Assembly (NCBI RefSeq): GCF_036321535.1
Contig: NC_087437.1
Span: forward strand, 54,376,001-54,440,000
Length of the DNA stretch: 64,000 nucleotides
Reading direction: 5' to 3'
Source: Camelus dromedarius
Lineage: Eukaryota
Positions 12,440-22,245 of the stretch are shown here, one piece after another. Numbering within the stretch: the stretch's first letter is position 1; the number at the start of each line of letters is the position of its first letter. The position numbers and the translations under genes were made by a program. Below the pieces are notes generated by a model, which did no database searches, was not told the DNA's origin, and saw nothing but the letters and a program-made list of their open reading frames with translations.

Positions 12440-13925
12440 TCTTCTAGTATTTTTTGTAGAAAGTGGCAGTTAATCCTAATAATCATATGGAAATGCAAAA
12501 GAGTCAAAATAACCAAACGATCTTAAAGAACAGCAAAGTTGGAGAACTCACAAGTCTTGATTTCAAAACTCACTACAAAACTACAGTAATCAAGACAGTG
12601 GGAACTGACAACAGACATAGAGATCAATGGAATAAAGTTGAGAATCAGAAATAATGGGAATGGAAATGAGGACAGACTGCTAATGGGTACAGGGTTTCTT
12701 TTTGTGATGAAGAAAATATTAGAAGATTAGATAGCGGGAATTAATACAAAACTTCATCAGTATACCAGAAAATGCTGAATTTTATACTTCAAAAGGGGAA
12801 TTTTAAAACAAAAAGACAACCTACAGACTGGGAGGAAATATTTGCAGATGATGCCACTGACAAGGGATTAATTTCCAAAATGTACAAACAGCTCATAAGT
12901 TTAATATCAAAAAACCAACAACCCAATCAAAAAATGGGCAGAAGACCTAAATAGACATCTCTCCAAAGAAGATATCCAGATGGCCAACAGGCACGTGAAA
13001 AGATGCTCAACATTGCTAATTATTAGAGAAACGCAAATCAAAATTACAATGAGATATCACCTCACACCAGTCAGAATGGCCATCATCAAAAAGTCTACAA
13101 ATAATAAATGCTGGAGAGGGTGTGGAGAAAAGGGAACCCTCCTACACTGTTGGTGGGAATGTAAATTGGTGCAGCCACTATGGAGAATAGTATGGAGGTC
13201 CCTTAAAAAACTAAAAATAGAGTTACTATATGATCTAGCAATCCCTCTCCTGACATATCTGGAGAAAATCCTAATTTGAAAAGATACATGCACCCCAATG
13301 TTCACAGCAGCACCATCTACAGTAGCCAAGACATGGAAGCAGTCTAAATGTCTATCAACAGAAGAATACGTAAAAAAGATGTGGTGTATATATATATTTT
13401 ATATATGTATAAACATATATGCACAATGGAATATTACTCAGCCATAAAAAAGACTGAAATAATGTCATTTGCAGCAACATGGATGGACCTAGCGATTATC
13501 ATATCAAGTGAAGTAATCCAGACAGAGAAAGACAAGCATCATAGGATATAGGTTATATGGAGTCTAAAAAAATGATACAAAAAATGGAAATACACTCACA
13601 GACATAAGAAACAAACTTATGGTTACCAAAGAAGAAAGGTTGAGGGGAAGGATAAATTAGGAATTTGGCATTACTATATACATACTACTATATATAAAAT
13701 AGACAAACAACAAGGACTTACTGTATAGCACAGAGAACAATATTTAGTATCTTGTAATAATGGAACAGAATCTGAAAAAGAATATATATGTATAATGGAA
13801 TCATTTTGATGTATGCCTAAAACTAACACAACATTGTAAATTAACTATAATTCAATTTTAAAAATCATAAAAAGGGGGACTTTTATAGTATGCAAATTAT
13901 ATTTTAATAAAGCTGTTATTAAAAG
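12440..13925 (+). mobile_element. Old L1MB-like remnant (ORF2 piece fused to terminal 3'UTR), split by a younger L1
   Basis: 12440-12655 is ORF2-like ('aaaactacagtaatcaagacagtg'). 12655-12805 'gactgctaatgggtacagggtttcttt' continues at 13886-13925 as 'tagtatgcaaattatattttaataaagctgtt'. Confidence 0.75.
12806..13869 (+). mobile_element. Younger cetartiodactyl-type L1, 5'-truncated (ORF2 C-terminus and 3'UTR)
   Basis: ORF 12980-13279 translates as L1 ORF2 C-terminus ([42 protein letters not shown]), with frameshifts. TSD aaaaggggaatttta (12791-12805) / aaaagggggactttta (13870-13885). Confidence 0.95.
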
Positions 13926-14885
13926 TGGGGCTAATTGATGGAAGGAAGGCCTGGAGGATGTAGGAAAGGCTGAAGATCCATGTCAGCATAGGACCTGACT
14001 TTGAATGGCTCCAAGACTGAGAGTAGGAGGAAAGGACAGGTATGAAGGTAGGTTTGCAGGTGCTAGTGGGGGAGGAAGGAAGGAGTAATTCAGGTGACTG
14101 AATTTTCAAGAAATTGGAAGTGATACTGACTTCTGGAAGCAAGGACTTGAGAACTGGGTAGGGAACTTGAAGGAACAGGTCATAGTAAAATTAGATGAAG
14201 CCCTTGAGGAAAATGAAGAGGCAGCTGCCTAAGAATAAACAAAAGAAGGAAGCTGGGTTTTGCAAAGACCGTCTGCATGGCATGCGGCCCTCCGTTAGGT
14301 ACTGCATGTTCTCTTCCTTCAGCACTTCTGTCCTCTCTACAAGACGTCTAAGAAGACAGCACTGCCGGTAAACTGTCCAACCAGGCGTGTCTGTAGGGTG
14401 CCTCAGTGCTACACATGACCCGCTTCCAACATCACTGACCAGAGCGCAACAAGGTTGAGTACTGCAAATATTTGTGATTAAGATTCTTCCCTCCAAAACA
14501 TACCTTGAAATAGTTCTGCAAAATATAAATATTGGATCAGAGTTATTGATGGCAACTGAGAATTCAAACACAGGCAGTACAGCCCAGCATTCTCTATGAT
14601 CCCAGCAGGAAAGGAACTGCATCCCCATCCAGACACAGTAACTGAGCAAACTTCTCCCATCCCTAAGGTTGGGGGGTGGGGCAGGGCAAATTCACTCTGG
14701 TGCCGCTTCCAGCTCACTGCTGAATCCGCGGAAAGCTTGGCTTCCGCCATCTCTACCACCCAGAATACTCCACCGCCACACCAGTAGATATGATAAATAG
14801 CGTAAAGTCAAAGAATACTCAGAACTGGTTATAAGCTTGTTTAAGGACACTCCAATGTCTCTAGGCAAAGCGGCCCCTTACAGAG

Positions 14886-15335
14886 GGTAGTAGGTTGAAT
14901 AATAGCCACCCAAATACAACAAATTCTAATGCCTAGATTTTATAAGTGTTACCTTTTTGGAAAAAGAGATTTTGTAGATGTAATTAAATTCAGCATATTG
15001 AGATGAATTTACCCTGGATTATCCATGTGGGCCCTAAATGCCGTCACAAGTGTCCTAATAAACAGAAAGGCCACGGGAGATCACGCACACACACAAGAGA
15101 ACAGTCACATGAAGACTAAGCAGAGAGATGTGACCGACAAGGCAAGGATTATGGACAACCAGCAGGAGCTGCGAGAAGCAAGGGAGAGGGTCTCCCTAGA
15201 GCCTGCAGAAGGAGCATGGCCCCACGGAATCTCGATCTGAGACTTCTGACCTCCAAAACTGTGAAAGAATACATTTCTGCTGTTAAGTCACCCAGTTTGT
15301 GGCCATTTGTCACAGGAGCCCTGGGGAACTAATAT
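14886..15335 (+). mobile_element. MaLR solo LTR (MLT1C/D-like)
   Basis: 'gtagtaggttgaataatagcc', 'ctggattatccatgtgggccctaaatgcc', 'tctccctagagcctgcagaaggagcatggcc', end 'ggaactaata'. Confidence 0.88.
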
Positions 15336-16708
15336 CCCCTCCAACAGTGTTCTCTGTACTTCCATCAGTCCTGACAGTGCACGCTTGATCCTGAATGGGT
15401 GGGAAGTGAAAGTCAGCCAGAGTCTATGGGCCTCTCATCTCAACTCATCTGCCCCCTCTCAGGGGGCTCCTCAATGTACTCTCTAGTGACTACAGCCTAC
15501 CCCTTCCCCTAGACACCATCTTTAGAGGAAAAGACATGGTTAACTGGTTCTTGTAACTCTCGATGGAAACTTACATTCAAGTGTACGAAAAACACCCCAT
15601 GTGAAGATGGAACAGGCAGGCTGAGCCCTGATCTGCCACTTACCGCGTGGCTTCGGTCTTGGGTAGCTCACTCAACTCGAGTTTACTCAACCAAAAAATG
15701 GCAGTAATAACTCCTACCCACGAGGAATGACTTCTTGTGAACATCAGTCAAATAAGGAAATGTCTGTGTCTTCATCTGGGTTAAATAGGAAGAAATATGT
15801 GAAGCAAAGCTTACATGCTGATGCTTTTTGTGGGGGTTGTAATCCCAGGGTAGCAAGAGGGGAAAAGGGAAGGGAGGCAGAAAGGAGGGGAAACAAGTCC
15901 AAAAAGATGAGCACCATTATGGCCACAGCATCGCCAGATGACGCATCCAGGGCTGTTTTGTGCCATGTCTTTACGTAGGACAGATGGAACCTCTGTTAGG
16001 TGTCATTGTTGGGGCAGGGAGGGGGCAGAGGAAAGGTGAGAGTCTAACAGTTACCAGTCTCTTGACAGACAAATTTTATCCCATGGAGGAGATTTCTGGA
16101 CTTCCAGGTGGCATCGCCCTGTTCCTCTGGGCAGCCACTGGCCATCCAAGATCTGACCTCGTCTCTAAATCTAGACACAGCAAGAGGAGACAGGCTCAAG
16201 TGGTCCTATCTGGCGGCCCTGGGCCCTGGAGCTGCAACACTGGGGCTGCCACGCACTGAGCGTGTTGGAGGTCATGCCAGAGCCCAGTCCCGGTGTGACA
16301 GGGGTGGGGGGTGTCTGAGAAAGGTGGCAGGGGTAGGAGATGCGGGGCTCTCCCCTGAGTATGTGGAGGGCCCGGGGGATGGGTGGGCCAAGCAAACGGG
16401 GCATCACATAAACTGGGTCCAATGCTTCATGTGAAACAGATTTGGAAAGTGACAACTACTACAGAAACGTTACTGTACTGTTTTTATTGCCTTCCTTTCA
16501 TTTTAACCTTCATTGTCTTGAGAAGTTTCAAAGGAATGATCCACCAGTTCTTTCAGGTGCACCCACATGTCATTTATTTGTATATGGCTTGTCTCAGCTT
16601 CAAGTACAGGAAGCAAATCTAATAAAAGACTTAGTGGGAGATTAGTTCTCGCCTAGGCAACATGGCAACTGATTGTGGGGGACGGAGCCAGCGAGAGTCT
16701 GATACAGA

Positions 16709-17070
16709 TTGTCTTAGGGTTCCCTGCAAAGAAGACTCTGAGATTTTGTGAGCAAGGAGTTTATTGGGAATGTGAAGGACGCAGGACTGGACAGCAGGCA
16801 AGGCTGGTCTAGACCTGGCTCTAGAACTGCCCTTCGGAATCATCCTCTGTTGACGCAAGGGGCCGGGCTTTTGTACCCACATCATCTATACATTGAATGT
16901 GCACTGTGCCCAGGGTGGGGGTGTTACCTGGAGTATGGCAGCTCCCTTTGACCTAAGACAATTCCTGGTGGGGAGCAGCTGCGACCCAGCAGTGGTGAGG
17001 GGCAGAAATGAGTGCCTTGGTTCGGCGGCGGGGGGGGGGGGGGTGTCAGGCACGGTGTCACAGCATCCAC
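16709..17070 (-). mobile_element. ERVL LTR (LTR16-like)
   Basis: 'tgtcttagggttccctgcaaagaagactctgaga..gtttattggga', 'caaggggccgggcttttgtaccc', 'ggcagctccctttgacctaagacaattcc'. Confidence 0.7.
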
Positions 17071-17740
17071 AACGAACGTTCTCTCTGGAGAAAGGAGGAG
17101 ATGGGGAAATTGGCCTTTCCCCTCGGCTGGGACTGCTTCTGTGGACCGATTCCTTTTGCAAGGAAAACCATGACCACTTTCTTCATAAGGAAGGAGATTT
17201 TCACCTCTTCCCAGACCCCAGATCCCATTTAAAGGTGTGGCTTGAACATGTTCAGGTTTTTCAATATCCCTTACTTACACCTCACCTCCATCTCCAGCTC
17301 CTACCACCACCATCCCCCCTGCCCAAGGAGAAGGGGCAGGAGCCAATCTGGTGGAGGCTAACAGCTTCTGGACCACATGCTTCTGTGGGCAGGCTCCCTG
17401 GGCCACCGTGGATGCTCGAGGCCCCAACCAAGGATGATTTGTCTTCGGCCTGTTCTCTCTCTTCACCTCTTGCCTCCTTGCTACAAGCGTCTTCTAGGGG
17501 TGGGTCTGGTCCTCCAGCTCTCCCTTGTCCAGCTTCTCTCTCTGTGGCTGAGTAAGCAAGTGAACTGACCAGTGCACCTGTGACTTGCAGGGCTGGAATT
17601 GGAGGCCCCACAGTGGCCTCCCCTCCAAGCTACCTTCTCCAGCAGTTAGCCAGATGCATATGAGGGATTACCAAGCGGCGGATAAAACTGTATTTTCATC
17701 CTCATTTGACTAACGACCTCTGTGTCTACTTTCCACAGTT

Positions 17741-18010
17741 TTATTCATGTAACAAATACTTATGGAACATGTATTATGTGCCAGGCCCAGTGCTAAGTGC
17801 TGGAAAAGTGGAGTAAACAGACTAGAAAAAAATCCCTGCGTTTAGAGTTCACATTTTCCTGGGCACAGAGAAACAATAAGTAAGTCAGCAAACAGATCAA
17901 CAGACCGTGTCAGGTCTGGAAAGGGCCTGAAACAAAGAGTAACTGTGCAGGGTAGGGTGGAGTGGGGTGTGAGCAACTAGACCAGGTGGTTCCCTGTGGA
18001 AGAGCCGTCA
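17741..18010 (-). mobile_element. L2 LINE 3' end
   Basis: 'ttattcatgtaacaaatacttatggaac..tatgtgccaggcccagtgctaagtgctgg'. Confidence 0.75.
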
Positions 18011-18029
18011 GAACTAAGACCTTCTCCCT

Positions 18030-18360
18030 CCTCCATGCTCATCCCCATCCTAACCTATCAGCTGTCAGAGGGCTGCAACTACAGCAGAGTCAGTTACATC
18101 ATGCTCCTCCTTACAACCCTCTATGGCTCCCCATTGCCTTCTAGAATAAAGCCCAGTAGCACAGTAACTTGTGCCCCCGAGAAAAGAGGCTTCATTTTCA
18201 GTTCCTTTCCAGCTCTCCTCTTCCAAATATCCCATGTCCTATCATACCAAGGTGCTTGCTATTCCATCAACATATTCTGAAGTTTCATACTTCTGTGCGC
18301 TGGGCACATGCTGTTCCCAATGTTTTGAATGCCCTTTCCTATCTTGTATGCCTGGTAGCT
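18030..18360 (+). mobile_element. L2 LINE fragment
   Basis: 'aaccctctatggctccccattgccttctagaataaagccca', 'gcacatgctgttccc..tgaatgcccttt'. Confidence 0.7.
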
Positions 18361-18567
18361 GTGGGGGGAAGAGCAATCTGGCTCAGACTGGGCAATAAGG
18401 GAACGTATTAATTGTAGGAATTTAAAATCAGTAACTAAACCAACTGAAATTTACTGTCATCCTGCACTGGCAACTCAAAACACAGACAGTGACAAAACAC
18501 GTCTGCCCACTCAGGCAGCCCACTTTTAACATCATACTCCCTTGGAACACCCTGGAGCACGGAAGCT

Positions 18568-18615
18568 CACATTATCCTTCAAAACCCAGCCCACATTATC
18601 CTTCAAATCCCAGCC
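18568..18615. repeat. 24-bp tandem duplication
   Basis: cacattatccttcaaaAcccagcc / cacattatccttcaaaTcccagcc, one mismatch. Confidence 0.95.
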
Positions 18616-19689
18616 TGAGATGTCACAGGGGCCCAGAAAAGGGGTAATAAGTGAACAAACGAGAACAGTTGGAGCTCTTCTAAACACTAATTTAGGCATG
18701 ATGGGTTTCCAAGTCACAACCCAATTAAAAGCTCCAATTTATGTTCAGAATGTTGCTGCAGGTCAAGTCTTAACGTTCTGGCTGGAGCGCCTCTCCCTGC
18801 CGGGACACGACAGGAAGGTGTTTGGGTGGTAGGAAAATGACTCACCGCCCTGGAGGCTTAACAGGATTACCGAGGGGCTCACGTTGCTCAATGAAGCATG
18901 GTGGGGGCTCCAGCAGTGCCAGCCAGGTCAGGAGCCGAGGCTGTTATCTGTGTGACTGTTTCCCTGGTGCCTGGGGACAGAGGAAATTAAAAGTCACTGC
19001 ACTCTACTAGCCGAGAAGAGAGAGGTTCAAAAGAACTCAGAAAGTGCTTCCCTCCCCTTGGTGGATTTCATCCCCCTTTCTGTCCTCTGGATTCCAGAAG
19101 ACTGACCCGGGAGGGACTTTGGATAAAATATGAATTAATTTCCTCATCTTGCAGGTTGGAAGGCTTAAGCTACTCAAGGCCACTCTGCCGATATGTGACA
19201 GAGTAGAGAACTGAGTCTGCGTTTTCATTCCTTGTCCAGGGAGGCAATATCATGATGTGGAACCAGGCAAGGAAGGGGAGAGCAGAGGGCAGGGAGATGA
19301 AATTCACACCTGGCTTATGTTTGTTGGCGTGGTTTTCCTTTTTCGTAAAATCACACAATATAAAATGAACCATTTCAAAGTCTACAACTGAGTGGTATTT
19401 AGTAGAGTCCCAAAGTGGTGAAACCACCACCCCTATCTAGTTCCAAGACGTTTTCACCACCGAAAGAATCACTTAAGCAGTCAATTTCTGCCTCTGCCTG
19501 GACTGGCACCCAGCAGTTTTTCCATCTCTATGGATTTTCCATTTCTGCACAGTTCATGTAAGTGGACTCTTAGAATATGTGGCCATTTGTGCCTTGCTTC
19601 TTTCACTTAGTGTCATGTGTTTGAGATCCAGCCATGTTACAGTGTGTCAGCATTTCATTTCTTTTTTTTTTCTTTTCGATGGTGGAATG

Positions 19690-19818
19690 GGAGGAGGGCA
19701 TAGTTCAGAGGCAGAGTGCATGCCTAGCATGCACAAGGTCCTTTGTTCAATCCCCAGTACTTCCGTTAAAAATAAATAAATAAATAACCTCCCCCACCAA
19801 AGAAAAAGTTTTTTAAAA
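19690..19818 (+). mobile_element. Camelid tRNA-derived SINE (Vic-1 type)
   Basis: 'ggagggcatagttcagaggcagagtgcatgcctagcatgcacaaggtcctttgttcaatccccagtac'. TSD atggtggaatg (19679-19689) / atgatggaatg (19819-19829). Confidence 0.9.
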
Positions 19819-19841
19819 ATGATGGAATGAAGACTTGAACC

Positions 19842-20825
19842 TTTCTTTTTTCCTTTTTTTAAATTTATATATAGTTATAGTATATATAGTATATATATAT
19901 ATATATAGGTATAGTTGATTTATAATATTTTAGGTATACAGCAAAGTGATTCAGTTATACACATGTATTTTTTTCAGATTCATTTCCATTATAGGTTATT
20001 ACAAGATACTGAATATAGTTCCTTGTGCTATACAGTAGGTCCTTATTGTTTACCTGTTTTATATATAGTAGAGCATATCTGTTAATCCCAAACCCCTAAT
20101 TTATCCCTCCCTCCCACCTTTCTTCTTTGGTAACCGTAAGTTTGTTTTGTCTGTGAGTTTATTTCTGATTTGTAAATAAGTTCTTTTGTATCATATTTTT
20201 TAGATTCCACATATAAGTGATATCATATGATATTTGTCTTTCTCTGTCTGATTTACTTCACTAAGTATAATAACCTCTGCATCAATCCATGTTGCTGCAA
20301 ATGGCACTATTTCATTCTTTTTTATGGCTAGGTAATATTCCTTAGTATATATACACCACATCTTCCTTATTCCAATCATCTGTCAAGAGACATCTAGGTT
20401 GCTTCCATGTCTTGGCTATTGTAAATAGTGATACTATGAACATTGGGGTGCATGTATCTTTTCAAATCAGAGTTTTCTCCAGATATATGCCCAGAAGAGG
20501 GATTGTTGGATCATATGGTAACTCTATTTTTAGTTTTTTAAGGAATCTTCTTACTATTCTCCAGCATGGCTGCACCAATTCACATTTCCACCAACAGTGT
20601 AGGAGGGTTCCCTTTTCTCCACACCCTCTCCAGCATTTATTATTTGTAGACTTTTTGATGATGGCCATTCTGACTGGTGTGAGGTGATACCTCTTTGTAG
20701 TTTTAATTTGCATTTCACTAGTAATTAGCAATGTTGAGCATCTTTTCATGTGCCTGTTGGCCATCTGGATGTCTTCTTTGGAGAGATGTCTATTTAGGCC
20801 TTCTGCCCATTTTTCGGTTGGGTTG
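19842..20825 (-). mobile_element. Younger cetartiodactyl-type L1, 5'-truncated, antisense
   Basis: ORF 20462-20830(-) is L1 ORF2 C-terminus. The 3'UTR is of the same type as 12806-13869. TSD agcatttcatttctttt (19649-19665) / agcacttcagttctttt (20826-20842). Confidence 0.95.
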
Positions 20826-21069
20826 AGCACTTCAGTTCTTTTTGTGGCTGACTAACATTCCATTGTGCATATACCACACTTGGTCTGTCACACCTGGTTT
20901 TAACTACGAGTTGGTACTAGGGTATTAAGAAGTCCCTCAGTTTACTCATGCATCCTTCATTCTGCACTCTTTGAAGACAGACACAGAATGAGAGCTCAGT
21001 AATGCCTCCTGAATGGGCATTTATGGATGTCTGCCATGGTTAAAGCCCCATGAGGCACCCAAACGGATG

Positions 21070-21300
21070 GCCGGGCAGTGTGATGTGGAAGAAGGACCAC
21101 ACGCTGAGCACAGGAGAGATCTGAGTTCCAGCTCCAGCTCATCAGAAGATCAACTGTGTGGCCTGCAACAGATCCTTGCCCTCTCCTTATCAGCTACCTC
21201 ACCTCTAAGGCAGGATAACAAGGCCTGTCCAGCTAATCACCTGTCAGAGTCACTGGGAGACCTGAGTGAGAAGATTTCTATAAAGTAAGCTGCAAAAAAC
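21070..21300 (+). mobile_element. MIR SINE
   Basis: 'gcagtgtgatgtggaagaagga..caggagagatctgagttccagctccagctc..tgtgtggcct'. Confidence 0.65.
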
Positions 21301-22069
21301 TCTTCATTGTGTGAAGTTCAATCTCGCTTAAAAAATCAAAACAAAATAAAACTCCCTACCCTCCACCTTCCTTACTGGGCATGGTACTGATGACAGAGGG
21401 GGAAATATTATCTAGCAGACTTCCTTTTGGAGAGTGATTTGTATCTACTGGATGGCACAGAAGGAGCCTGAATGTGGGGGAACCATCCTGAGGAAGCTGG
21501 AGGGAAGCCAGTCGGGTGTTGCCCAGGGGAGTAATGCTAAGAAAGAGAGATGGGAGGGGTTAAAAGAAAGCAAAGGCTGCCCAGTCTATGATGAGACCCC
21601 TCCCCAAGACCCTCTATCTTCTGTAAACTTACCAAACTCACAAAGGCCTGGGGTGAGTGAATTTTTGTGAAGACTAGGGAAGGAACTGAGTTTTGCCCCT
21701 TGAACTGATGTGGGCCAGAGCCACGTACACACTCAGATGAGAGGGCACAAAGGCTGAGCGAGGCGTGATGACATACACAAGGGGCGCTCGCAGAAGTGGG
21801 GCTGTGGATCTGAGGCTCCCACAAGGCTCGGCACTGGGGACTGGGTCAAGTTTAATAGACTCTCCAAGGGCCTTGGCTAACATCTGGGTTGCATGTAACC
21901 GGACATCTGCCACAAGGACTGAGCGCGTGGGCAGTGCCACTGATGAGGACCATGGTATCCTTGCACTGGGAATACAGTGACTTGCAACCCTCACTCCTGC
22001 AGCCACAGGACAGAACTGGGGTCTCACACTGGTTTGCTTTTCCTCCCAAAGAATCATTGGTTCAGAGGC

Positions 22070-22245
22070 CCTTATATGGCAACCAAAAGAGAGCACCCTT
22101 TGCCAATAAAGCAGACCCCTGGAATGGCAGTCATGTATGCTTAGCTGTCAAAAGTAGAGAACTTGTAGAGAAACAGGTCTCCCTCAGGGCCTAGTAAACC
22201 TCTGCTCTTCTGCTCAGTTGCCAGGTGACATGCTATTTATTGGCT
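22070..22245. promoter_or_regulatory. Candidate SRF/TEAD/MEF2-type enhancer motif cluster
   Basis: CArG CCTTATATGG 22070-22079; GGAATG 22121-22126; E-boxes CAGTTG 22215 and CAGGTG 22222; MEF2-like CTATTTATTG 22233-22242. Lies in non-repeat sequence. Motif evidence only. Confidence 0.4.

Larger units (their letters stand above)
19333..20890 (-). mobile_element. L1MB-like 3'UTR (antisense), host to a younger L1 and a SINE
   Basis: 'tataaaatgaaccatttcaaagt..gtggtatttagta', 'tgccttgcttctttcacttag'. It resumes after 20826 as 'ttttgtggctgactaacattccattgtgcatataccac'. Confidence 0.8.

Noticed and set aside
12980..13279. ORF with clear protein similarity (also 20462-20830)
   Set aside because: These are L1 ORF2 C-terminal fragments in truncated, frameshifted elements, not cellular genes.
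16893..17555. Longest ORF in the window (220 aa)
   Set aside because: It starts inside an LTR16-like repeat, crosses a G homopolymer, has a non-ATG start and shows no recognisable domain.
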